DNA of 64,000 nt from a virus, in IMG/VR virus record IMGVR_UViG_3300045944_000276, positions 2,514 through 66,513 of that record; one strand, 5' to 3'. The position numbers and the translations under genes are program-made. A model generated the notes under the pieces. That model was not told the DNA's origin. It saw only the letters and a list, made by a program, of their open reading frames with translations, and ran no database searches. This document shows, in pieces, positions 55,366 through 64,000 of this stretch (positions are counted from its first letter, which is position 1; each line of letters begins with the position of its first letter).

Positions 55366-55751
55366 CGGTAGGCGCCGTAGAAACGGTCGCGCCAGCGCAG
55401 CGACGATACCGGCTCGATGACCGAGCCGTGGCCTTCGTCGGTGTGCAGCATCTGCCCGTCGTCCAGACAGATCGCCGTGTGCCAGGGCGAACGCGTGATG
55501 CGGAATACCAGAACGTCACCGTATGCCGGCGGCTCGACCGGATTCCAGTCGGGGATCGCGCGCACGATGGCACCGCTCGCCTCCACGATGCTGAGAGAGG
55601 AGCGGTAGAACGCCATGTAGTCGGGGATCGTCTTCCCGAGCTCCTCGCGGTAGAAGAGGCGCACGAGCTGCCAGCAGTCGAGCCCGGTCTCGGGATCGCT
55701 TCCCTTGTCGCGATACGGTATGCCGACGTAGCGGGCAAGGTCGCGCATCAT
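55353..55751 (-). CDS. NlpC/P60 tail tip protein
   Basis: GLDCWQLV...HTAI...MLH. Confidence 0.9.
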   Translation of the reverse strand: MMRDLARYVGIPYRDKGSDPETGLDCWQLVRLFYREELGKTIPDYMAFYRSSLSIVEASGAIVRAIPDWNPVEPPAYGDVLVFRITRSPWHTAICLDDGQMLHTDEGHGSVIEPVSSLRWRDRFYGAYRWKF

Positions 55752-56242
55752 CGTCCGTGCCGTGACGTGAACCCATGCTGCGCTTCCGCCGACTTGCGGG
55801 CGCAGCAGGCTTCAAAGTAATCGGGATAGGTGCCAATGTAGACCGTGTGATTGTTCAGGCTCACATGTGCCCGCCACGATTTTCCCTTTCTGTGAACCCC
55901 ACAGATGCCGCTGCCGTTCCCACGCGGGACATTGCGCATGTTTAGTTCCTGCGGAACCACGCGCAGATTCTCGATGCGGTTGTCGGCTCTGTCGCCGTTG
56001 ATGTGATCGATCTGATATCCCTTTGGGATAGCTCCGTGATGCATCGTCCAGACGACGCGATGAACTAACACCAATCCTCCGAACTCTTTGACTCCCACTA
56101 CGAGATAGCCGCCGCCGTGCGGAGTGCGCACCTGCCGTCCAATCCAAATGCCCCTGCGCGACACCTTCCAGAACAGCCTGCCATCGCGATACTCGAACAG
56201 TTCGAGCGCCAGTTGTTGATCGATATGCTTGGCCGTTTTCAT
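55748..56242 (-). CDS. HNH-AP2 homing endonuclease
   Basis: HRVVW...IDHINGDRADNRIENLR...N, then an AP2-like SG..GV...W.A...YIG.Y....A..AR..AE domain. Absent from the other copy. Confidence 0.9.
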   Translation of the reverse strand: MKTAKHIDQQLALELFEYRDGRLFWKVSRRGIWIGRQVRTPHGGGYLVVGVKEFGGLVLVHRVVWTMHHGAIPKGYQIDHINGDRADNRIENLRVVPQELNMRNVPRGNGSGICGVHRKGKSWRAHVSLNNHTVYIGTYPDYFEACCARKSAEAQHGFTSRHGR

Positions 56243-56245
56243 GGG

Positions 56246-56722
56246 TTACGCGAACACCGAAGGGAATTGGCTCGGGTCATAACTATCCGCAGGCCATGGG
56301 GCGTTGAGCAAATCCCCGCTGATGAGCCGCCCGCTGATCGACTGCATGTCGTAGGTGATGTCCATGATCGTCATGTCGAGGAGGCTCATCTCGATCACGT
56401 TCGGCTGCGTCGAGAGCACCACATACACGTCGAGCGTCGGCGCGCTGGGGAGTCCCCGGATCACCTCGATCAGGGCGCGGTTCACGTTGTCGAAGCGGAC
56501 CTCCACGCTCGGATTCGTCTGTCCGTCATCAACCGCGAGCGTGAGATCGAACGGATACCCGACCCAGGTGTGACCGAGCGCGACAACATCGGTCGTGTTA
56601 TTGACGAAGCGATGCGGCGTATCCAGCTCCGGGTGCTGGATATGGACCAGGACGAACCACGCCGCCCCGGTCGAGAGCGAGTTGAGCGACAGGACTGCCT
56701 GCGCGGAGAGCGTGCGGCTCAC
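56246..56722 (-). CDS. Minor tail protein (DUF1833-like)
   Basis: Homologue of 22073-22546. Confidence 0.8.
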   Translation of the reverse strand: MSRTLSAQAVLSLNSLSTGAAWFVLVHIQHPELDTPHRFVNNTTDVVALGHTWVGYPFDLTLAVDDGQTNPSVEVRFDNVNRALIEVIRGLPSAPTLDVYVVLSTQPNVIEMSLLDMTIMDITYDMQSISGRLISGDLLNAPWPADSYDPSQFPSVFA

Positions 56723-57075
56723 GGCAGCGCCTCGAGCCGGAACGCCGCGCGCCAGGCGATGCCGAGCGCGGAGAACTGCGGCGGCGAGGCGAAGCGGAAC
56801 GAGGTCGCGACGCCCGTGATCGGGTGCGCCATCAGGATCGTGTCGGTGCCGCCCTGGCAGATGACGTAGTAGAAGTCGCGAAGCTCCGCATACTCGGCGG
56901 CATTCCGGAGCACGATATTGCACTCGTAGGTGCGCACCGGGTTCAAGAACCGCCGGCGCACCTTCGGCGGACCGGTGTCCATGTCGGTGCGGATCGTGAC
57001 TTCCTGCGGGCTCTCGCTGAAGGCGTCGGAGGTGAACGCCTCGCTGATGCCGGGCGGCCAGGGGTTATTTGGCAT
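56719..57075 (-). CDS. Distal tail protein
   Basis: Homologue of 22543-22899. Confidence 0.8.
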   Translation of the reverse strand: MPNNPWPPGISEAFTSDAFSESPQEVTIRTDMDTGPPKVRRRFLNPVRTYECNIVLRNAAEYAELRDFYYVICQGGTDTILMAHPITGVATSFRFASPPQFSALGIAWRAAFRLEALP

Positions 57076-57076
57076 G

Positions 57077-59074
57077 TCAGCGCGCTCCCTGGCGGTTCAA
57101 CCCGTAGGTCGTGCCCATGACGGAATCGAACGCACCCGAGCGGAAGCCTGCGGCGACGGCGTCCTTGACCATGAGCTCGATGATCCGGTTGCCGTTGATG
57201 TCGCTGCGCGAGCTCGTCGTGACCTCCGCCTTCGATTCGTTGTAGACGTTGACGACGACGCCCGAGCCGCTCGCATCCACGCCGAGCGAGCCGTCGGACC
57301 CGCGCTTTAACGGCATGATCGCTTCCGGCCCGGCTTCGGCGAATACGCCGCCCTGGGCGAAGCTGAAGAGCTTGGGCTTGTCGTAGACGCCGCCCGAGTA
57401 TTTCGAGAGCGAGGGCGAATCGTAGACGCCGCCCAAAGCGTTCGCCGTGAAGAGGCTCCCGCCGCTCGTCTTCAGCCAGCCCTTGAACCCCGTCATGAGC
57501 GGCTCGATCAAGAGCATCTGCGTCGCCATCTTTGCCATATCACGCAGGATCGAGGTCGCCATGTCGCTGAACGATTTCGCCGCGTCGTCCGCCCCGCTCG
57601 CGAAGTCGACCAGCGAATCACTGATGGACTTCGCGTAGCCGTCCACCTTGTCGGCAATGGACTCGAGCATCTTTTCCAGATCGGTCGCGGGTTTCTCGAC
57701 CTGCTTCATCGTCGTTTGCATCCGCGTGAGCGCGGTCATGTATTCCTCGAGCGAGATTTCGCCCTTTGTGTAGGCGTCATCGAGCAGCGCGATCTGGTCG
57801 ATGAGCTTCTGCGTCCCGGCGTGGCCGGTCAGCTCGTCGAGCTGCTTTTGTCTTTTCTCCGTCTCCAGGCGCATCGCTTCCGTGCCGCTCTTGCCGTCGT
57901 TCAGCGCAAGCCCCAGTTCGCGCTCTGCATCGATTTGCACATCGATCGACTCGACGAGCGATTTAATTCCCGCCTCGCGCTCCTTGCGCTGGCGCTCCGC
58001 TTCCTTCTTCGCCTCCGCGTCGCTCCCCGGCTTTTGAAACTTGAGTTCCTTGTCGCCCGTCTCCATTCCGCGCGTATCGCGGCGCTGGTGCGGCGGCAGC
58101 AACGCGAGCGCCTGCTCCTGCGATTGCATCTTCAGGAACTCGATCTGCCGCTTGATCGCTGCGTTCTGCGCCTCGTAGCCGGGAATAACGCCTGTGCGGC
58201 CTTGCGAAATGGCTTTCGCCATCAGTTGCTGATTCTTTTCCAGACGCTCGTTCAGCGACCTGATGTTCTCCTGCGGATTCTTGAACGGGTTGATCGTCCC
58301 GAACTCGAAGAGCGAGCGCCAGAAGCCGCCGGAAATCTGGATGCCTTTCTGCATCTCGTCGGTCGCCTTCTGCAGCATCGGGATCAGTTCGCGCGCGAGC
58401 GCCTGCGCGCCCTCGATCCACGAGTTCTCCAGGCGGCGCATCGACTTCTGCAATTCCTCGGCCTGCGCCGCCTGTTCCTTCGTCACCGTCGCCGCGATCC
58501 CCTGCTCGGTCGCGAGATCGCGCATGAAAGGGAGCGCCTCGGCGGCATTCTTGCCGGTCAGCGCCATGATGGCGGCGGTCTTCGCCCCGCTGTCGGCGAA
58601 CTGGTTGAACGCGAGGGCGACCCTCTTCATCGCCTCGGCCGGGTCCATCGCGCGCAGCTCCGCGAGGGAAAGACCGACCGCCTTCAGCGCCGCGGCGCCG
58701 TCCTTTCCCGCCTCGTCGGACTCGTGCAGGGCCTTGTTGAGCTTCACGAGGAAGCCTTCGACTACGCCCATGTCGGTGCCGGATATGCGCGCGACCTGCT
58801 GGAGGACCGACAGATTCTCCACGCTCGCGCCGGTTTTCTCTGAGAGGTCGTCGAGCGCCGCCGCCGCCTCGATGCTCTTGCTAACGAACGCGGTCAACGC
58901 GCCAACGGAGAGCGCCGGAAGGAGCGACTTGGCGAATCCCTCGACCGCGCTCGACGCAGCAGAGAATTGCTTCTCTATCGCCGCCGTGGACGATTGCACC
59001 CTCTTCAACTGGGCGAGAGAGTCCTGCGCGAGCTTGACCTGGAGCTCGTAAATCCGGGTCGTGGTCTCGGCCAT
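57077..59074 (-). CDS. Tail tape measure protein
   Basis: 665 aa homologue of 22899-24920. Confidence 0.92.
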   Translation of the reverse strand: MAETTTRIYELQVKLAQDSLAQLKRVQSSTAAIEKQFSAASSAVEGFAKSLLPALSVGALTAFVSKSIEAAAALDDLSEKTGASVENLSVLQQVARISGTDMGVVEGFLVKLNKALHESDEAGKDGAAALKAVGLSLAELRAMDPAEAMKRVALAFNQFADSGAKTAAIMALTGKNAAEALPFMRDLATEQGIAATVTKEQAAQAEELQKSMRRLENSWIEGAQALARELIPMLQKATDEMQKGIQISGGFWRSLFEFGTINPFKNPQENIRSLNERLEKNQQLMAKAISQGRTGVIPGYEAQNAAIKRQIEFLKMQSQEQALALLPPHQRRDTRGMETGDKELKFQKPGSDAEAKKEAERQRKEREAGIKSLVESIDVQIDAERELGLALNDGKSGTEAMRLETEKRQKQLDELTGHAGTQKLIDQIALLDDAYTKGEISLEEYMTALTRMQTTMKQVEKPATDLEKMLESIADKVDGYAKSISDSLVDFASGADDAAKSFSDMATSILRDMAKMATQMLLIEPLMTGFKGWLKTSGGSLFTANALGGVYDSPSLSKYSGGVYDKPKLFSFAQGGVFAEAGPEAIMPLKRGSDGSLGVDASGSGVVVNVYNESKAEVTTSSRSDINGNRIIELMVKDAVAAGFRSGAFDSVMGTTYGLNRQGAR

Positions 59075-59808
59075 CAGCGCCCCCGTCCGCGAACAGCCAG
59101 ACGCACCTTGATCGCCGGTATGCGGTCCACGGCGGTTTTCCCGCCGAGGTTGAGATTCGAGACGCTGAGGTATATGTCCTTTACGTCGAGCGAGCGGAAG
59201 CGCCGCTGGACCTGCTTCGCGCTCGTTTCAAACACGGACTTGGAAACCATCTGCGCCTTCTGCCCGGTCGCCCTGGCGTAGCGCAATAAGAGCTTGTTGC
59301 GGGTGCGACGCTGCCCGCGCGTGCCGCTCTTCGTGAGCCACTGCCACTTGCGCACGTGCGCGAGCGGCAGCGCCACGTAGAGGTCGAGCGCCGCGGGGTT
59401 CGGCATCGCAGCGGTGATCGCCGTCGGATCACACGGCGCAACAGTGCCGCCCTTGCCGATGCTGTAGTAGAACGCGAGCGCGCCGAGCGTGCGCCCGGTC
59501 GCGCGACGGCCGTTCTGCACGAGCGCGTCGCGCGCCGCGATAATGGCATCGGCCATCGCCTTGCGATCGGCGAACCAGACGCGCACCGAGCGTTGCGCCG
59601 CGCCGATGTCCTGGCTGCGCCGGCCGTCCACGAGCATCCCGGTCGGCTTGTTGCCCATGCTCGACTGGACGCTTATTTCCTGCAGCGCGATCGAGCGCAG
59701 CACGTGCTGGTAGTCGCGCTCGGCGACCTGCAGGATATCCCTGTAGATCGCGCCGCGCTGCGTGGAGCTAATTACGGGGATCGGGGTTACGGCGGGCAGG
59801 GCTTGCAC
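59074..59808 (-). CDS. Conserved basic tail-region protein
   Basis: Homologue of 24920-25648. Confidence 0.7.
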   Translation of the reverse strand: MQALPAVTPIPVISSTQRGAIYRDILQVAERDYQHVLRSIALQEISVQSSMGNKPTGMLVDGRRSQDIGAAQRSVRVWFADRKAMADAIIAARDALVQNGRRATGRTLGALAFYYSIGKGGTVAPCDPTAITAAMPNPAALDLYVALPLAHVRKWQWLTKSGTRGQRRTRNKLLLRYARATGQKAQMVSKSVFETSAKQVQRRFRSLDVKDIYLSVSNLNLGGKTAVDRIPAIKVRLAVRGRGR

Positions 59809-60094
59809 GTTTCTGCTTCCTCAGCTTGGCCGTATGCTCGTCGAGCATCGCGCCCGCGCGCCGCAGGACGGGCCAGAGCCACTCGAGATCGACGCCGTAG
59901 TGATCGCACCATTCGCGCACCCTCCACCACGGTGCGCTCGTGCCGAGATCACCGCACACGTCGAGACCTGGCAGGAGCCACATCGGCACATCGGGGCGCG
60001 CATCGAGCGCCGGAACTTTCCTTCCGCGTGCCCGCGCCTTCTCCAGCTCCTCGACGTGCTCGCCATAGTCGTTTTGCCAGATCAGGATTTTCCC
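59768..60094 (-). CDS. Tail assembly chaperone, -1 frameshift extension
   Basis: Slippery GGGAAAA at 60088-60094. Continues GKILIW. Confidence 0.75.
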   Translation of the reverse strand, partial: GKILIWQNDYGEHVEELEKARARGRKVPALDARPDVPMWLLPGLDVCGDLGTSAPWWRVREWCDHYGVDLEWLWPVLRRAGAMLDEHTAKLRKQKRASPARRNPDPRN

Positions 60095-60501
60095 AACTGG
60101 TCGCCGTCCTCCTTCGTCAGCGGGAACCGCTTCGAATTGGCCGCGGCGTCTTTTAGTTCGTCCCACAGTTGCGGGCAGTCGCGCAGCAGCGCGATCATGT
60201 TCTCGGGCGTGAACTCCAGCGGCGCACCGTGGCCGTTCGTGACGTTCTTCCAGCCGACCGCCACGTAGCGCGCAAAGGCTTCCATTTGCAGATCGTCTTG
60301 CAGCGCGAGCGCTTGCGGCGATTCGCCGAGCGCGAGCAGTTCATCGCGCCGGTTTCGATACAGTAGCCCGAGCCCGTAGCGATATTCCCGGTTGACGTTC
60401 GACGCCGAACGCAGGATGAACTCCCACTCGTCGAAGACGACGGGCGCGCCAGCCTTCTCGGCAAGGCGGTCAACGCCATACTTGTCGCGCGGGTTGCTCA
60501 T
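60082..60501 (-). CDS. Tail assembly chaperone (G-like)
   Basis: MSNPRDKYG...LGKS. Confidence 0.8.
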   Translation of the reverse strand: MSNPRDKYGVDRLAEKAGAPVVFDEWEFILRSASNVNREYRYGLGLLYRNRRDELLALGESPQALALQDDLQMEAFARYVAVGWKNVTNGHGAPLEFTPENMIALLRDCPQLWDELKDAAANSKRFPLTKEDGDQLGKS

Positions 60502-61463
60502 GCAGCGACAGTGGCCGCAGTGACCACGCTCGCGCCGCGCGTGACCTTGACCGTGCACTGCTCGGTCTCATCAAAGAGCGCCTGTGCCTGCATGGCGACC
60601 GTCACGTCGGAATTGGTTCCCGGCAACGTGACCGGCGCCGCCATCATCTTGCAGCGCGGGAAACTGAACTCATACTCGAGCGCGCCGGCGGCATCGTTCA
60701 ACGTGACCGTGATCGGGAATTCCGTCTGGTCGATCAGAGCCTGCAGCGGGTCATCGGACGCAAAGTAGAGCGTCGCACTGATCTGAGCGTTCAAGCGCCC
60801 GCGCACGGTCTCCCGCGTGCCAAGCGTGCCGATGCACTGGATGCCGCGACTCGAGGAATCGAAGGAGAGCTCCACCGCGTTGAAGCACGCGGTCGCCGCG
60901 ATGCCGCCCACCGAGATCACAACGTCCTGTGGCACCAGCACCGGCTCCACGCCGGGGTCGGGATAGGTCGCTCCCGCTATTGCGGCAGTATCCAGAGTCA
61001 TCGGGCCGCCCAGGACGCCCACACTGCCGGTGATCGGCGTCGCCGGCTCGATCGAGATCGTCATCGTCGAGAACGCGGTCTTATCGAAGCGGTGATAGGC
61101 GTCGGCGCCCGCGGCAGGGATGTCGGGGAAGGTCTCCTCGAGCAGATACTGGCGCAGCGTCGAGCCATTCTTGAGCACGTCCGCCGTCCAGGCGCCACCG
61201 AGCACGGCCTGCAGATACGCTTCGAAGGCGTCGTGGTCCGAGACTTCGAGCGAGAGATCGCCGGTCGTTTCGCCACCGGTCAGGATCGAGTCGCGGATAT
61301 TGCCGGAAGCGTCGAACTCGTTCGACGCGGTGACGCTTGGCGAAAAGGCGGGCGTTGCGGCCGTAAGCCGCCCGACCGTGAAAACAGGCGTTGCGGGAAT
61401 CGCGGGCGGCGAACCGGTCAATTCGACGAACGCAACTCTTACCAGGTCAGCGGCTAGCGGCAT
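60498..61463 (-). CDS. Major tail tube protein
   Basis: Homologue of 26338-27330. Confidence 0.85.
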   Translation of the reverse strand: MPLAADLVRVAFVELTGSPPAIPATPVFTVGRLTAATPAFSPSVTASNEFDASGNIRDSILTGGETTGDLSLEVSDHDAFEAYLQAVLGGAWTADVLKNGSTLRQYLLEETFPDIPAAGADAYHRFDKTAFSTMTISIEPATPITGSVGVLGGPMTLDTAAIAGATYPDPGVEPVLVPQDVVISVGGIAATACFNAVELSFDSSSRGIQCIGTLGTRETVRGRLNAQISATLYFASDDPLQALIDQTEFPITVTLNDAAGALEYEFSFPRCKMMAAPVTLPGTNSDVTVAMQAQALFDETEQCTVKVTRGASVVTAATVAA

Positions 61464-61472
61464 GGTGAACTC

Positions 61473-61883
61473 CTATGAGAAATGGTCGTGAGCGAACGCG
61501 AAATCGACGGCGCAGATGAGCCAGCGTCCGTCCGAGAACTCGGACGGCGCCGGCGGGATGTGGCCCATCACGCGGATTCTCCCGCTCGCGTCGCGCCAGT
61601 GCCGGAAGTGCGCCGCGATGAGATCGGCCTGGCCGATGATCACGCCGTCGCCGTCGCCGGTGCGCCCGACGACGTAGACGCGGAAGGTGCCCATCTCGCG
61701 GCAGCAGGTCGGCGTGCCGAGCGAGACCGCGTTATCCGAGATCGGAATGAAATCGGTCGTCGCCCACAGGTCCGGCAGAGCAGTGTTATCGATGCGAACG
61801 CCCAGCGTGTCGTATTGCGGCAGCGCCGGGAACGCCGCGGCGAGCTCCATGCGGAAGGCGTTGCGCGCGACGGCCGAGCTCAT
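61473..61883 (-). CDS. Tail terminator/completion protein
   Basis: Homologue of 27341-27745. Confidence 0.7.
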   Translation of the reverse strand: MSSAVARNAFRMELAAAFPALPQYDTLGVRIDNTALPDLWATTDFIPISDNAVSLGTPTCCREMGTFRVYVVGRTGDGDGVIIGQADLIAAHFRHWRDASGRIRVMGHIPPAPSEFSDGRWLICAVDFAFAHDHFS

Positions 61884-62233
61884 CAGTTGCCTCGGATCGT
61901 GGCGATGAGAAGGGGCAGCGTGTTCCCGGCGAGCACCGGGTGGACGTCCAGGATCGTGTATTTGCGCCGAAATCCCTCGATGTCAACGTCCAGCACGTCG
62001 AATTGCTGCGGCCGGCGATTGGGCGCGTTGAAGTCAGCAGGCGAGAGCAGTGCCTTCGCCGCTTCGCTGTTCAAGTCCTGCAGGAGCGCCGCGGGGTCCG
62101 TGTCGCGGTAAACAACGCATTGCACCGGGCGACCGCTCACCGCGCCCTGCTCGATAAACATGGCCGTCGAGCCGAGATCGGAGAGCATCCCCTGCGCGAG
62201 GTCGCGGATCAGCGGGAAATCCACGAGCGGCAT
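61883..62233 (-). CDS. Head closure protein
   Basis: Homologue of 27745-28101. Confidence 0.7.
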   Translation of the reverse strand: MPLVDFPLIRDLAQGMLSDLGSTAMFIEQGAVSGRPVQCVVYRDTDPAALLQDLNSEAAKALLSPADFNAPNRRPQQFDVLDVDIEGFRRKYTILDVHPVLAGNTLPLLIATIRGN

Positions 62234-62871
62234 CAGACGTAATCCTTCACGCGATAGGCTTCGAGCGTGTAGAGATAGGGCGCCAGGAGCGGGGGTACCG
62301 TGCTCGTGTCATAGCTCGACTTCGCCGCCTGCTGCGTGTCGAAGGAAACCGTGAGCGCGCCCGAGCCGAGCCCAAGCGACTTCAGCGGCGCGCCGCCGCC
62401 CGAGCTCGAACTGCCCGAGTAGGTGACGCCGCCGAAATCGGCGCAGCACCGGGCGAAGGCGAGCGCCAGGTCGGCCGGCATGTCGTCCTCCGGGTAGCCG
62501 CCCGAGTAGGTGACGCGGGCGAAGCTGCCGGGATACCACCACCAGGTGCCGTAGCCCCAGCCACAGGAGAGGTAGATGAACCCGCGCGCCTGGTCGAGGC
62601 TGGGCGGCACCGGCACCGGGTCGACCGCCGTCCCGTCGATGGCGAGCTCGGCGACTTCGTATACCGGGAAGCGGTAGAGCGGCAGGCGCTCGACGGCGAC
62701 GATGCGGCTCTCCTCCACGACCGGGTCCACGTAGGCGAGCCCGCGCCTGCAGTGGTTCTCGAAATACGCCGTGATGACCGGGAGCGCCGCCGTCAGTGCG
62801 TCGTCCTGGTCGGTGTCGGTGATCCCGAGGAGCGCCTTGACGGACTCGAGCGGGAGCAGTATCGGGCTCAC
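62233..62871 (-). CDS. Head-tail connector
   Basis: Homologue of 28101-28763. Confidence 0.8.
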   Translation of the reverse strand: MSPILLPLESVKALLGITDTDQDDALTAALPVITAYFENHCRRGLAYVDPVVEESRIVAVERLPLYRFPVYEVAELAIDGTAVDPVPVPPSLDQARGFIYLSCGWGYGTWWWYPGSFARVTYSGGYPEDDMPADLALAFARCCADFGGVTYSGSSSSGGGAPLKSLGLGSGALTVSFDTQQAAKSSYDTSTVPPLLAPYLYTLEAYRVKDYV

Positions 62872-63605
62872 GAGAGGAACCTCGCGACCGCTTTCTCGAT
62901 CGCTTCGGTGAGTGCCGGGCCGAAGTCGGCCGATAGCTCATCGAGTGAGCCATCGGCGTTTTTCTGCACGAGCACGAGCTCGAACCCGGTCGCCTGCGCG
63001 CCGATGATGGTCGCCCCGTCGCGCCCGTCCTTGCCCGGCGCGCCCTGCGCGCCGGGATCGCCGGGCCTGCCGGCCGCGCCGCGCCCGGCCAGCAGGACGG
63101 GCTGACCGCGAACGATGCAGAAGGTGCCCATGTCCTTCCGGTAGAGATCGCCGTCCAGGTAGCGCGCATCGGGATCGAAGGCGCCGCGATGGCGAAAGCC
63201 CCACGAGCCGATGCGCTCCCAGTGATCCGGGTCGTCCGTGTGGCTTGCGGTGTCGCGCTTGGCGACGAAGTGCTGGCCCAGGTTCGCCACCACGACCGCG
63301 CCTTCCCGGTACACCGCGCCCGGCTCCCACTGCGGCGCGGTGATGCCGGCACCCTGCGCGCCGGGAGCACCGTCCTTGCCCGGTCGACCAAGGAGCTTTC
63401 CGATAAAGGCGTCGTTCGCCGCCAGGCGCTGCGCCACGAGGTCGGGATCGGCATCCTTGCCCGGTGCGCCCTGCGGGCCGGGCGTCAGGGGCATCATGTC
63501 GAGTCGTTCGGCGGTTCGCTGGATCGTCGTGTCTAGTTTCCGTTCCAGCCGCACAAGGTCATCGATCAACGGTTCGAGCGCCGCCGCGATCGCTTTTTCG
63601 TTCAT
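62868..63605 (-). CDS. Collagen-like portal-adjacent protein
   Basis: Homologue of 28760-29539. Confidence 0.75.
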   Translation of the reverse strand: MNEKAIAAALEPLIDDLVRLERKLDTTIQRTAERLDMMPLTPGPQGAPGKDADPDLVAQRLAANDAFIGKLLGRPGKDGAPGAQGAGITAPQWEPGAVYREGAVVVANLGQHFVAKRDTASHTDDPDHWERIGSWGFRHRGAFDPDARYLDGDLYRKDMGTFCIVRGQPVLLAGRGAAGRPGDPGAQGAPGKDGRDGATIIGAQATGFELVLVQKNADGSLDELSADFGPALTEAIEKAVARFLS

Positions 63606-64000
63606 TAGGCCGCCTTCCTTTTACGTTCGCGCAATTCGATGACAAGCGCCTTCGTAATCTCCGGATCAGCCACTTTTTCCTCCTCGTCGGGCTCGTCCTG
63701 GTCGTCAGGCGCGGCGACTGGCGCAGGCGCCGGCCTGTTCTTGGCGGCGATCGTCGCGGCGTGGAGCTCGGTCAACATGTCGATCGAGACCATCTGCTGC
63801 TGCAGGAACACCGTGTCTCCGCCCGCGACGGGCGGCAGGCCTTCGCCGAAGCGACCCTCGTTCGGAGCTATCAGGCCGCCCTGTATCGCCTTGGTGATGG
63901 CGTCGATGCGCACCACGTAGTCCATGCGCAGCAGAGCGCTCTCGTCGAACTCGATGTATTCGTCGGCAGGCAGGTTGAAGCCGGCGTCGAAGCTCCTCTC
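63605..64000 (-). CDS. Portal protein (3' part only)
   Basis: Nearly identical DNA to about 29700-29943. Confidence 0.92.
   Translation of the reverse strand, partial: ERSFDAGFNLPADEYIEFDESALLRMDYVVRIDAITKAIQGGLIAPNEGRFGEGLPPVAGGDTVFLQQQMVSIDMLTELHAATIAAKNRPAPAPVAAPDDQDEPDEEEKVADPEITKALVIELRERKRKAA

Larger units (their letters stand above)
37069..64000. mobile_element. Second related temperate phage genome (partial, ends inside the portal gene)
   Basis: Same gene order as the first genome, with different early modules and a different attP. Confidence 0.75.

Overview
The whole window is temperate siphovirus DNA of roughly 65% GC by eye, with no recognisable host chromosome. The same gene map repeats with a period of about 33.5 kb, but the copies are different, related phages. 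Positions 1-3.6 kb hold a terminase/head fragment. Positions 3.6-37.1 kb hold one apparently complete genome between two copies of a conserved 67-bp cos-like element: VirE replication gene, cro/cI, RecT-exonuclease, integrase, intact attP, cargo genes, tail, portal, protease-capsid fusion and terminase. Positions 37.1-64 kb hold most of a second genome: prim-pol/AAA replication gene, a different repressor, and a different integrase with an intact attP whose core matches a tRNA-Val 3' end, then tail genes to the portal. Structural genes are close homologues, while the immunity, replication, integration and tail-fibre modules differ. The most notable points are: (1) heterologous genomes joined head to tail with two unrelated, uncut attP sites; (2) four chromosome-type parS-like palindromes, two at the end of an HTH gene between terL and the capsid gene; (3) a conserved structured leader with two unannotated micro-ORFs ahead of the capsid gene; (4) a six-repeat IWGPTDPRP proline-rich protein; (5) no recognisable endolysin. 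All product calls come from motif and synteny recognition, not database searches.
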